Shown in pieces: positions 1 to 8,838 of a stretch of DNA of 64,000 bases. The DNA comes from a virus. Its lineage: Duplodnaviria; Caudoviricetes. Made by a program: the position numbers and the translations under genes. The notes under the pieces are model-generated. The model was not told the DNA's origin, made no database searches, and worked only from the letters and a program-made list of their open reading frames with translations. The stretch covers positions 18,326-82,325 of IMG/VR virus record IMGVR_UViG_3300032225_002310; one strand, 5' to 3'. Positions within the stretch are counted from its first letter, which is position 1; each line of letters begins with the position of its first letter.

Positions 1-199
1 TTGTTACTAAAGGGCAACAAAATGGGAAAGCTGCAACTTTACCATCCTCATCCAAAATTAAACATCCATCTTCTGTTACTGGAGATCTTAATCCGCATGC
101 ACAACCTTTTAAATCGTCATCATTTCCAGCACTTATTTCATTAAGAATACTTTTAATGTAATCTGGATAATTATTTGGTTCTGTTATAGCGCATGGCAT
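1..199 (-). CDS. Cys-rich hypothetical protein, runs off the window edge; paralog of 635..1378; absent from the ORF track
   Basis: My translation from ATG at 199: MPCAITEPNNYPDYIKSILNEISAGNDDDLKGCACGLRSPVTEDGCLILDEDGKVAAFPFCCPLVT..., open to base 1. Shares NYPDY.K.IL.EI..GND..L..CAC.L.S with 635..1378. GTGTAAT lies 8 nt upstream. Confidence 0.8.
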   Translation of the reverse strand, partial: MPCAITEPNNYPDYIKSILNEISAGNDDDLKGCACGLRSPVTEDGCLILDEDGKVAAFPFCCPLVT

Positions 200-207
200 A
201 CAATACT

Positions 208-214
208 ATTACAC
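208..214 (-). promoter_or_regulatory. GTGTAAW motif (putative late promoter)
   Basis: GTGTAAT, 8 nt before ATG 199. Confidence 0.65.
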
Positions 215-256
215 CTATATACTTGTATTTTAATACGATATCCTATATTTATAACT

Positions 257-560
257 TTTCTTTGATATCCAAAAGGGCTTTACCTCCAGATTATATATCT
301 GAAGTTATGTATTATCAATCCAACTTTTCTTTTGACTCCAAATTTCACCACGATCTCAGTGATGAACGGGCCATCGCACTTATGGATCAGAGGTAGCTTC
401 GATCACTACATTCTGCGATGCCTGTAGCTACATTTCCTTATTTAGCCATAATATGTACAAATTAAGGTTTTAATAGTTGTCAGCCCTTATGACATTGCTA
501 TCTCAGGGATTGATAATTGATTTTTTGACATCAACAAACTGCTCTAATTGGGAACTATGT
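257..560 (-). ncRNA. Unclassified structured ncRNA candidate (~280-300 nt, pseudoknotted)
   Basis: Long-range helices 534-527/269-262 and 517-507/321-311 (11 bp perfect); crossing helix 488-482/279-273; hairpins 502-491 (GCAA loop), 467-436, 420-372, 366-344, 304-284. Four G-U pairs are legal only on the - strand. Own sigma70 promoter; no credible ORF. Confidence 0.72.
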
Positions 561-566
561 ACTTAT

Positions 567-595
567 ATACTATTTTAATTTTAAACTTTTGTCAA
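567..595 (-). promoter_or_regulatory. sigma70-type promoter driving the ncRNA candidate
   Basis: TTGACA (595-590) N17 TAGTAT (572-567). Confidence 0.7.
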
Positions 596-634
596 ATAGT
601 TTTTTTAATTTAAGGAGATAGATTTAAAATTTAT

Positions 635-1378
635 CTACCAAGGTATAAGATTTGTTGCATTAATACTTGTATATCCAATACTACCAGGCGGTGCAACAAC
701 TGATGTTCGAAAATAATAATCATTTACTGGTATATAATTTTCATTACCATAATAATAAAGAAATTGGTAAAGAATTGGCCCAGGTTCACCACATTCAGGA
801 TCTACATAAGTATCCATAAAGAAATAGTAATGAAAGTTAAACTCTGGAACTTGTTGTTGAAATGTATGCCACTGGTCTTGTACTGGTCCATCGCAATCGG
901 ATAAATATCCATGATTAACAGTGCCACCAAAAAGAAAAAACATATCACAGACTTGATTTTTTCTACTTTCGTTATATTTCTTTACTTTCATAATTTCAGA
1001 AAAACCACTAGATTCAACAGAAGGGCCTTCATCTGTACATGTTGCGCTTGGTGGGTAACCATTACCTATTATATTTAAATCAAAACTTTTATATTTATAT
1101 TGTAGCTCCATTATTCTTTGAGGATCTATAGCTCGCAACTCGGTAGTTCCTCCCTGGCTTATTATATAATTATTTAATGTTGTATAAGTAGTATTATCTT
1201 CTCCATTAACTGAAGATATGCAAATAGGTAAAAGATATGGTTTACTATTTACATCGATATAAGATTTTAAAGAACATGCACAAGATTGTAAATTGGTGTC
1301 ATTTCCAATATTTATTTCTTTTAGAATAGTTTTAAGATAATCTGGGTAATTATCACTTGATTTTAAACCGCATGCCAT
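635..1378 (-). CDS. Cys-rich hypothetical protein
   Basis: 247-aa ORF; N-terminus homologous to ORF <1..199; GTGTAAT 7 nt upstream. Confidence 0.8.
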   Translation of the reverse strand: MACGLKSSDNYPDYLKTILKEINIGNDTNLQSCACSLKSYIDVNSKPYLLPICISSVNGEDNTTYTTLNNYIISQGGTTELRAIDPQRIMELQYKYKSFDLNIIGNGYPPSATCTDEGPSVESSGFSEIMKVKKYNESRKNQVCDMFFLFGGTVNHGYLSDCDGPVQDQWHTFQQQVPEFNFHYYFFMDTYVDPECGEPGPILYQFLYYYGNENYIPVNDYYFRTSVVAPPGSIGYTSINATNLIPW

Positions 1379-1385
1379 AAAATTT

Positions 1386-1392
1386 ATTACAC
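1386..1392 (-). promoter_or_regulatory. GTGTAAW motif (putative late promoter)
   Basis: GTGTAAT, 7 nt before ATG 1378. Confidence 0.65.
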
Positions 1393-1400
1393 AAAACCTC

Positions 1401-1429
1401 TTGACATTAATACTTTATAAGCTTATAAT
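1401..1429 (+). promoter_or_regulatory. Perfect-consensus sigma70 promoter for tmRNA
   Basis: TTGACA (1401-1406) N17 TATAAT (1424-1429). Confidence 0.85.
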
Positions 1430-1436
1430 GTGTAAA
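1430..1436 (+). promoter_or_regulatory. GTGTAAW motif upstream of tmRNA
   Basis: GTGTAAA abutting the sigma70 -10, 21 nt before the tmRNA 5' end. Confidence 0.5.
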
Positions 1437-1457
1437 GTTAGTTAGTTCTTTAACATT

Positions 1458-1845
1458 GGGCGCGTACTGGTTTCGATTTTAGAGATCGGAATTAAAATGC
1501 AAGTGGAGGTTGAATCGAGGACTCCTTAAAAAGTTTCACTTATATTAACTGCCAAAACAGCAAAATATAAAGGTCACATTTCTGCAAGAGCTTCTCTTGT
1601 TGAATTGACCGCTTCTGTAGCTTAAGTTCTACAGCGTGACTACCTTGACACATCTATTGGATAGTTGCGTAATTAGATGTCTTATTATTAATAGTTTTTT
1701 TATTCTGTTAATATTAAGTATTAAAAATAAACTCGCTTAGTATGTTTGTTGTTTATCTATACAAAGCTAAAAATAAAAACAACTAAACTTGTAGTATTTT
1801 AATTTAGATTTTTAAAAGACGTATGTTCAACTCATACCGCGTCCA
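1458..1845 (+). ncRNA. ssrA: tmRNA (transfer-messenger RNA)
   Basis: 5' GGGCGCGTACTGGTTTCGA. Acceptor stem GGGCGCG/CGCGTCC with G3-U70 and discriminator A. T-arm GTATG-TTCAACT-CATAC. H2 pairings (AATTAAAAT/ATTTTAATT, GCAAGT/ACTTGT). TAACT before resume codon GCC; stop codon in the loop of hairpin CTGTAG..CTACAG. Confidence 0.95.
1551..1625 (+). other. tmRNA tag reading frame AKTAKYKGHISARASLVELTASVA*
   Basis: 24 codons from resume codon GCC at 1551 to TAA at 1623-1625. Confidence 0.85.
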
Positions 1846-1915
1846 AGTCCAAAACGATTCCATCGAGCTCCAATTTATATTAGAGAAGATCTTATTGCTA
1901 AGATATAATATTTAA

Positions 1916-2491
1916 ATGGCAATATCTAAAATACAATTAAAATGTCTTTATTGCGGAAATATATTTAATAAATTAAAATCAGAATATAATAGAAGAATTA
2001 ATAAAGGTAAAACTAAATTTTATTGTAGTTATCAATGTGTTGGTAAAGCTGATGTTGAAAAGAATCCAGATAAATTTAAAAAGTTTAGAGAAGCTAACGC
2101 TATTAGAATAAAAAAATATTGTGGATGTAGGCTAGACCAATACAGTCCATTTAAATATCATGCAAATAAAGCAAGATCACGAAGTAAACAAAAAGGATAC
2201 ATAACAGATTTAACCACAGAATATTTAAAAGAAATTTGGGATAAGCAAAATGGAATCTGTCCATATACAAATTTGAAAATGGAAATCGGCAGAACAAGCG
2301 CAGATGAAGATATTAAAAAAACTCCAATAAAAGCAAGCCTTGATAGAATTGATCCAAATATAGGGTATGTGCAAGGTAATGTTGAATTTGTGTGTTATTG
2401 TGTTAATGTCATGAAGAATGATTTTACTAAACATCAGATGGTAGATTTTATAAATGAAATTAAAAAGAATAATTTGCAGCAAAATGTGTAA
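1916..2491 (+). CDS. HNH/His-Me finger (putative homing) endonuclease with N-terminal Zn-binding motifs
   Basis: CLYC...YCSYQC N-terminus; CPYT...ASLDRIDPNIGYVQGNVEFVCYCVNVMKN C-terminus. Confidence 0.8.
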   Translation: MAISKIQLKCLYCGNIFNKLKSEYNRRINKGKTKFYCSYQCVGKADVEKNPDKFKKFREANAIRIKKYCGCRLDQYSPFKYHANKARSRSKQKGYITDLTTEYLKEIWDKQNGICPYTNLKMEIGRTSADEDIKKTPIKASLDRIDPNIGYVQGNVEFVCYCVNVMKNDFTKHQMVDFINEIKKNNLQQNV

Positions 2492-2492
2492 T
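2486..2492 (+). promoter_or_regulatory. GTGTAAW motif (putative late promoter)
   Basis: GTGTAAT overlapping the HNH stop codon, 8 nt before ATG 2501. Confidence 0.65.
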
Positions 2493-2500
2493 ATAAAGAT

Positions 2501-3967
2501 ATGGGACAACCACTAACAGATGATTTTTTATTTATAGATCTTGGAGATCCTCAGTGGCAACCGTATGATTTTAATGGAAGTTATAGTATAGATGGTGCGT
2601 GTGATGATGAAGATTTATGGCTTTATAATAACAACTGGGAATCATCATTAAATTTACCAATAGCAAAAAGTTATGATACCAATCCATCGCAAGGAGAAAC
2701 TTTAACAGCTAAAGTTACTGTTAATGATAATTTAATAATGAAATTAATTGGAGATGGAATGAGAATTACAGAGTATAATGTCGATCAAAGAGATATATTT
2801 AATAAAGATGGAAAACTTAGAGAAATAGTAAATGCATTAAATGCAAAATTTCAACAAGCATTTGGTGATAAAATTGAAACACATTTTGCAGAAGATATAG
2901 CTACTAATATGTTATTAGAACTAAAAAGAATTAGAGCTAAGTATAAATCAGGAACAGATTCAGTATTCAGTAAAGCTGCAAAAATTGCTATGTTAAAAAG
3001 CAGAGATCCAACATCAAATTATGATGATATTTTTAAGCTTAGAACTTTTTGCAAAGAAGCAACTCTAGCGCTTTTAGGATTAGATCATGCAAATGGATTT
3101 TTTGATTATAATTTTGGCGCATCACTTCTATTTAGTCCATATAAAGTTATAACAACAAAATCTGGAAAGAACAGAATAAAAGGTAAAGCGAAATATCGCT
3201 ATGGAAAAGATGGAGATAGAGAAATTTGTTCAAGATGTATTATTATATATAAAAGTGGATCAGAAAGACAAGCTAATGAAAATTTTTCTTTTGGTTTTAG
3301 AGCAGACGACACTTTCAGTGATAGCAAGTTTATAGAAGATGCTGTTGAAGCAAAGTTTAGAACTTTTAGTGCAGATCCAGCTAATTTTGAAACCACAATG
3401 AAAAATTGGTTAACTCAAGCAGCTGCAAGGGTAGGCGGATGGAAATCACCCATAGTAAAATTTGATGGGAATGGTATCGCTGTTAGAGCTAAAATTGGTT
3501 CTCCAAAAAAAGATGATCCTCAAAAAGCAGGAGTATTTAATGTTGCTTTTGCTTTTAATTTTGGAGAAGATAATGGATCTTTATGGATAGGAAATATGGC
3601 TCTTACATTTGTATTAAATGTAGATAATTATCTTTCAGAAGTTGGCAGAATTCAACAAATGAGAGCTAGATATAAAGAAGCAGTAGAAAATTATCAACGA
3701 AAACTTAAACAACTAGCCAAAGAGCTTGCTGATCAATATAAAAGAGATAATCCCGATGTAAATAAAACACAGCTTAATTTATTAACAGAATATGAACGAG
3801 GCGAAACAAATTATGCAAATAGAGATCAAAATGCACAAAACGGACTCTTAGATAAAGGTAATATTTTTGATAATCTAAATACTCCAGTTCCACCAGGAAC
3901 TGGAGGAACAACAAATCAAGGCACCAATTGTTATGAAAATACAACTTCAGACGCATTGCTTTTTTAA
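2501..3967 (+). CDS. Hypothetical protein heading the glycosylation operon
   Basis: 488-aa ORF, no recognised motif; C-terminal coiled-coil-like segment. Confidence 0.8.
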   Translation: MGQPLTDDFLFIDLGDPQWQPYDFNGSYSIDGACDDEDLWLYNNNWESSLNLPIAKSYDTNPSQGETLTAKVTVNDNLIMKLIGDGMRITEYNVDQRDIFNKDGKLREIVNALNAKFQQAFGDKIETHFAEDIATNMLLELKRIRAKYKSGTDSVFSKAAKIAMLKSRDPTSNYDDIFKLRTFCKEATLALLGLDHANGFFDYNFGASLLFSPYKVITTKSGKNRIKGKAKYRYGKDGDREICSRCIIIYKSGSERQANENFSFGFRADDTFSDSKFIEDAVEAKFRTFSADPANFETTMKNWLTQAAARVGGWKSPIVKFDGNGIAVRAKIGSPKKDDPQKAGVFNVAFAFNFGEDNGSLWIGNMALTFVLNVDNYLSEVGRIQQMRARYKEAVENYQRKLKQLAKELADQYKRDNPDVNKTQLNLLTEYERGETNYANRDQNAQNGLLDKGNIFDNLNTPVPPGTGGTTNQGTNCYENTTSDALLF

Positions 3968-3992
3968 AAATAAATTTTATATTTAATATATA

Positions 3993-4976
3993 TTGATTTA
4001 TAATGTTTTATTGAATATACTTTGGCCAGACATACATAAGAATCTTACAAAAAATATTGCAAAAGCTTTATACAAGCTTAATCATACTTTAATCTTACCA
4101 AGTAACGAATATGTTCCAACTAATTTGCCACCTAAACAATTTAATCAATGGGCATGGAACACGACTTGGACACAAGAAAAAGCAGATATTGAATTTGAAT
4201 ATAAAAATGTAAAAGTTTTAAATAAGCAACAAATCCTAGACCTTAAACCAGAAATAATATTTATTACTAGTTTTGAGAGTCAATTTGAGATATTAAATGA
4301 AATTTGGCCCCATTTAAAAGATAATAGCAAATTAGCTTGTTATAGTGGAAACGATTATTGGGATGGAGCTTATCCATTTTATATTATTAAAAATTATCTT
4401 TGTGCAGATTATGTTGGTTTTTGTTTAGCTAATAAATATAAAGTAAATCATCTTTATTATAAACCTTGGGTAGATTACGATAGATGCACCTTTGATGGGC
4501 CAACAGATGGAAATATAATTGGAATTTATATTTCAGAATACGAAAAGAATTTTAATCAAGAGTATAATATGAGCAAGTCATTACAACAAATTACTCCAGA
4601 AATAGATTATCACTATCATACAAGTAGCTCTCAAGAAGAATTAACTAAAACTCTTAAATCAAGCATTGCGACTCAACATATTAAACATCTTGAAGGATAT
4701 GGTATAGCAGTAATTGAAAGCATGGCATGCGGAAGGCCAGTTTTTATGCATCGTCAAATGGCAAAGAATAAAAGTTTAATGAATTGGAGCATTGAGAATG
4801 TAACGGCTTTATTTTTTGAAAGTGAATACGAATATATAGCAAAATTAAAAGCATTATACGATAGCAAAGAATACAGACATTTTCTTCAATATACAACAGC
4901 TAATGTTATAAGACAAATTATAGATAATAATATAGAAACTGAAAAGCTTGGACATTTTCTTAATAATCTAGTATAA
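3993..4976 (+). CDS. GT-B glycosyltransferase, GT4-like (start may be TTG 4011)
   Basis: KHLEGYGIAVIESMACGRPVF (EGYG..ExMAxG motif). Confidence 0.7.
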   Translation: MIYNVLLNILWPDIHKNLTKNIAKALYKLNHTLILPSNEYVPTNLPPKQFNQWAWNTTWTQEKADIEFEYKNVKVLNKQQILDLKPEIIFITSFESQFEILNEIWPHLKDNSKLACYSGNDYWDGAYPFYIIKNYLCADYVGFCLANKYKVNHLYYKPWVDYDRCTFDGPTDGNIIGIYISEYEKNFNQEYNMSKSLQQITPEIDYHYHTSSSQEELTKTLKSSIATQHIKHLEGYGIAVIESMACGRPVFMHRQMAKNKSLMNWSIENVTALFFESEYEYIAKLKALYDSKEYRHFLQYTTANVIRQIIDNNIETEKLGHFLNNLV

Positions 4977-4985
4977 TTTTAAATA

Positions 4986-5819
4986 GTGAAAATCTGGCTC
5001 TGCGGAATTACCCAAAACGAGAAACAGAATATTGATGATATGACAAAAGATATGTATCAATATTTTGATGGATTAATTTTTGTAGATGGTGGATCAACAG
5101 ATGGCACATTAGAGATATTAAATGCAAGAAAAGGCCAAGGAAAGGTTATAAACCGAGAATGGTCAAATGACCACGATCTTCAAATGAACGGCTTCTTAAG
5201 AGCAAATATAATGCAAAATGGAGATTGGTTTATTATCCGCGATAGTTGCGAAAGGTTAGATGTAGACTGGGCAAAGAACTTACGTAATTTTATAGAAAAT
5301 TTCCTAGAAAAGAATAATGTTAATAGTTGTGTTGATAGGCAAAAAGCTTTTCTTGTTAAGTATTTTGATGATATGATATTTCAAGGAAGTCCACATTGGG
5401 GCCTTCAAGGAATGAGGCCAGGATATATTGATCTTTATGAATATTATAATAAAAATCAAAAAATGTTTGCATGGGAGGAAAGACCATCTCAAAGAAAACA
5501 TTATATTGATAGCGATATGAAGTATTATTTCGTTTACGGAAGATCAAATCATTGTGTTCTTCATTATTATGATAATGGTAAAACTCCAGAAAGATATCAA
5601 CAGCAAGAGGATATTAGGCAAACTTTCAGAAGACACTGTGAGGGTTTGAATATAAAATTTAATTTAGATTCATTAAAAGATTACTGGAAAAATAATAGAA
5701 TTGAGGAAAAAATGAAATTTTTTATTAATAGCGAAAGATTAATAAAAAGATTTTATAGACTTAATATTTTAAATCACACATTAGAACAAATCGATTCTTC
5801 AGAAGAATGGATGCTATAA
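4986..5819 (+). CDS. GT2-like glycosyltransferase
   Basis: LIFVDGGSTDGTLEIL; DSCE at the DxD position. Confidence 0.65.
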   Translation: MKIWLCGITQNEKQNIDDMTKDMYQYFDGLIFVDGGSTDGTLEILNARKGQGKVINREWSNDHDLQMNGFLRANIMQNGDWFIIRDSCERLDVDWAKNLRNFIENFLEKNNVNSCVDRQKAFLVKYFDDMIFQGSPHWGLQGMRPGYIDLYEYYNKNQKMFAWEERPSQRKHYIDSDMKYYFVYGRSNHCVLHYYDNGKTPERYQQQEDIRQTFRRHCEGLNIKFNLDSLKDYWKNNRIEEKMKFFINSERLIKRFYRLNILNHTLEQIDSSEEWML

Positions 5820-6718
5820 TGAAACTGCTTGATTGTTTTATGTATTTTAATGAGAAAGATATTGTATATCTTAGAATAAAAGAGTTATATGACGCAGTTG
5901 ATTACTTCGTAATCAATGAGGCTACAAAAACTCATCAAGGCCAAGAAAAAGAATTATCTTTTTGGAAAGATGACAGATTACAAGAATTTAAAGATAAGAT
6001 TATTTATTCACCAATAGAATTAGACGGAAGATTTGACTATTTAATGCCAAAATTTTTTCCAGACTCAAGAATTGGCGCAAAAGAACATGAACAAAGAATT
6101 AGGCTTTTCGAACAAATCGAAGGATTGAATTTAGATGATTCAGATATAATAATGATTTCAGATTGTGATGAAATTCCCAATAAAAATATACTTAAAGAAG
6201 TTTTAAATTATCCAGTTGTAGCATTAAATCAAATGTTTTTTGTTCACTATATTGATGTTTATACTAATAAAAATGTTACTGGAACAGTTTGTTGTAGGTA
6301 TGACGAATTAAAAGCTTTGAACAATCAATGCTTTGCCATGGGATTACAAGTCTTAAGAAGAGAAAAAGATTTTATGCCAAGAATAGAAAATGGAGGATGG
6401 CATTATTCTTATATGGGTGGAGCAAAATCTGTCAGCCAAAAAGTAGTTTCAACATACGATGGCAATTTAAATTCCCCTTGGAAAACAGAAGAAGCTGCAA
6501 AAACTTTAATTGATGAAAGTATAAAAAATAATAAAAGTCCATTCTCTGATCAACCATTATCAATAATAGATTTTAAATATGTAAGTTTTGCAAATTTTAA
6601 TTTTATTACTGCAAAGAATGGCAAATGGGAAAAAGGAAATTCGCTTTGCCAAGTTCACCCCAAAGCAATTGAATTAGATTTCAATGGAGAATTTGAGAAT
6701 TTGAGGTATAAAAAATGA
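5819..6718 (+). CDS. GT17-family glycosyltransferase (beta-1,4-GlcNAc transferase-like)
   Basis: DCFMYFNE..YLRIKELYDAVDYFVINEA..TH.G; EHEQR; ISDCDEIP; GGWHYSY. Start moved to ATG 5819 (TAATG overlap). Confidence 0.85.
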   Translation: MKLLDCFMYFNEKDIVYLRIKELYDAVDYFVINEATKTHQGQEKELSFWKDDRLQEFKDKIIYSPIELDGRFDYLMPKFFPDSRIGAKEHEQRIRLFEQIEGLNLDDSDIIMISDCDEIPNKNILKEVLNYPVVALNQMFFVHYIDVYTNKNVTGTVCCRYDELKALNNQCFAMGLQVLRREKDFMPRIENGGWHYSYMGGAKSVSQKVVSTYDGNLNSPWKTEEAAKTLIDESIKNNKSPFSDQPLSIIDFKYVSFANFNFITAKNGKWEKGNSLCQVHPKAIELDFNGEFENLRYKK

Positions 6719-7416
6719 AAAATCCCTTCGATTTCTTCGAAAAGATTTATTGTATTAATTTACCATATAGAACAGATAAATGGAAAATTTGTCAAGAAGA
6801 GTTTGAAAAATTAAATATAAAAAATAAAGTTGAAAAATTTGATGGAATAAAATTTGATGGTGCTCATCCTTATATTAATATAAGATCTGCTGGATGTTGC
6901 GCCTCTCATAGGGCAGTAATCGCAAGAGCAAAAGAAGAAAACTTAAAGAATGTATTAGTATTAGAAGATGATATTCAATTTATAAATGATGTAAATAATC
7001 AATTAAGTCTTTCATTAGAAGATTTAAACAAGCAATCAAGGTGGGATATATTTTATTTAGGTATGCACGCTGGAAATCATGATATCAATAGACCCAATAT
7101 TCCACCATTAGAAAGAGTTGATAAAAATTTACTAAGAGTCAATACGTGTCAATGTGCTCACGCACAAGCTTATAATAATCATATATTTGACTTTATACTT
7201 GAAAATGTTCCAACGCCAGATAAAACCATAGAATGGTTAACAAGAAATGAGGCGATTGATGGATGGATAATGAGAAACATACAAGTGCAAGGTTATTGCT
7301 TTTCAGTAAATGAAATAATAGCTACCCAAAGAATATCGTATTCAGATAATAATTTAGTAATGACAAGATTAGACCAACACTTTGTTGATCAATTTTATAA
7401 ACATAGACCAATATGA
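6715..7416 (+). CDS. GT25-family glycosyltransferase
   Basis: IYCINLPYRTDKW; GCCASH; LVLEDD. Confidence 0.85.
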   Translation: MKNPFDFFEKIYCINLPYRTDKWKICQEEFEKLNIKNKVEKFDGIKFDGAHPYINIRSAGCCASHRAVIARAKEENLKNVLVLEDDIQFINDVNNQLSLSLEDLNKQSRWDIFYLGMHAGNHDINRPNIPPLERVDKNLLRVNTCQCAHAQAYNNHIFDFILENVPTPDKTIEWLTRNEAIDGWIMRNIQVQGYCFSVNEIIATQRISYSDNNLVMTRLDQHFVDQFYKHRPI

Positions 7417-8222
7417 TAACATTTTCTCAATTAGGAAGATATGGGGCAATTGGAAATCAACTTTTCCAATACGCAACTTTATATTCAATAGGCAAAATAA
7501 ATGGATATGAAGTTAAAATTCCAAAAACAGAAGAGCATTTTGACGAAGGCACATTCAGAATACAGCATTACTTCTTGAATTGTTTCGATAATATATCAGC
7601 GAATATTCTTACAGAAGAAGATTTAAAGCAAATAAAATATACTGCAAATTGGTCTTATAATTTTTACAATAAAAATATATTTACAATACCAGACTTTACA
7701 AATTTAGAAGGATACTTTCAATCTTACAAATATTTTAATATTTTTGAAAATGATTTAAAAAGACAATTAATCTTTAAAAATTATATAAAAGATTCTGCTC
7801 ATAAGAAATATGATATAGATCCAGGTAAATTCTCTTCTGTTCATTTAAGATGTGGAGATTATGCTCACAGACAAGAGCATCATCCAGTTATGAATAAAGA
7901 TTACTATACAAAAGCTTTTGATATAATCAATTCAGAAAATTATTTAGTATTTTCTGATACAATGCCAAAAGCAAAAGAAATTTTTCAACAATTTAAGAAT
8001 ATTAATTTTATTTATGTAGAAAATAACCACGCATTTGAAGATATGTATTTAATGTCAATTTGTCAAAATAATATTCTTGCAAACAGCAGTTTCGCTTGGT
8101 GGGCTGCATGGCTTAATAAAAATAACAATAAAGTTGTAGTTCCGTCGAATTGGCTTGGACCAGCATATAATGGTCAATGGAATATAAACGATCTTATACC
8201 ACAAAATTGGAGTATTATTTAA
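7413..8222 (+). CDS. GT11 alpha-1,2-fucosyltransferase-like
   Basis: GNQLFQYA; LEGYFQS; VHLRCGDY; ANSSFAWWAAWL. Confidence 0.9.
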   Translation: MITFSQLGRYGAIGNQLFQYATLYSIGKINGYEVKIPKTEEHFDEGTFRIQHYFLNCFDNISANILTEEDLKQIKYTANWSYNFYNKNIFTIPDFTNLEGYFQSYKYFNIFENDLKRQLIFKNYIKDSAHKKYDIDPGKFSSVHLRCGDYAHRQEHHPVMNKDYYTKAFDIINSENYLVFSDTMPKAKEIFQQFKNINFIYVENNHAFEDMYLMSICQNNILANSSFAWWAAWLNKNNNKVVVPSNWLGPAYNGQWNINDLIPQNWSII

Positions 8223-8223
8223 T

Positions 8224-8838
8224 ATGCTTTTATCTTTAGAAAATTTAATCAATAAATATAATTGCAAGATTAATGGAGTTTTACATATTGGGGGTCATCA
8301 TGGCGAGGAACATGAATCGTATAAAAAATATAACATTCAAAATATTATTTATTTTGAACCAATGAAATCTTCATTTGAGATATTAAAAAATAAAGTAAAA
8401 AACGAAGCAATTGTAATCAATAAAGCTTTAGGAAATGATAATAAAAAAGTACAAATGAATGTCGAGAAGAATAACCAAGGACAATCAAGCTCTATTTTAA
8501 ATCCTAAAATTCATTTACAACAATATCCTTGGATTCAATTTACAGATAAAGAAGAAGTTGAAATGATTAAACTAGATGATTTTGAATTTAATAAAAATAA
8601 TTATAATTTTATAAATATTGATGTTCAAGGATACGAACTTGAAGTATTTAAAGGAGCAACGAATACTTTAAATAATATAAATTATATTGTATCAGAAGTA
8701 AATAGAGCAGAAGTTTATGAAGGATGTCCACATATAAAAGATTTATGCGATTTTTTGAAAGAGTTTAATTTTGAACTAGAAGAAGTTGTTTGGGCTGGAG
8801 AAACTTGGGGCGATGCATTTTTCAAAAAGTATGAGTAA
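8224..8838 (+). CDS. FkbM-family methyltransferase
   Basis: LHIGGHHGEE; YFEP; NIDVQGYELEVFKGA. Confidence 0.9.
   Translation: MLLSLENLINKYNCKINGVLHIGGHHGEEHESYKKYNIQNIIYFEPMKSSFEILKNKVKNEAIVINKALGNDNKKVQMNVEKNNQGQSSSILNPKIHLQQYPWIQFTDKEEVEMIKLDDFEFNKNNYNFINIDVQGYELEVFKGATNTLNNINYIVSEVNRAEVYEGCPHIKDLCDFLKEFNFELEEVVWAGETWGDAFFKKYE

Noticed and set aside
193-396. 67-aa + strand ORF in the track
   Set aside because: Antisense to the structured RNA and to the start of the real - strand gene at 199; no promoter, SD or protein-like motif.
257-560. Calling the ncRNA RNase P, a group I intron or 6S RNA
   Set aside because: RNase P CR-I and CR-V sequences and the P4 bulge are absent; group I P/Q/R/S motifs are absent and the large domain is on the wrong side of the pseudoknot; it is not a single rod with a central bubble as in 6S.
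1811-1845. Stand-alone tRNA gene
   Set aside because: The T-arm and acceptor half pair with 1458-1464 as the tmRNA tRNA-like domain; there is no anticodon arm. I noticed no other tRNA in the window.
1458-2491. Intron-encoded HNH within tmRNA
   Set aside because: The T-arm and acceptor stem are contiguous and end at 1845, before the HNH ORF begins.
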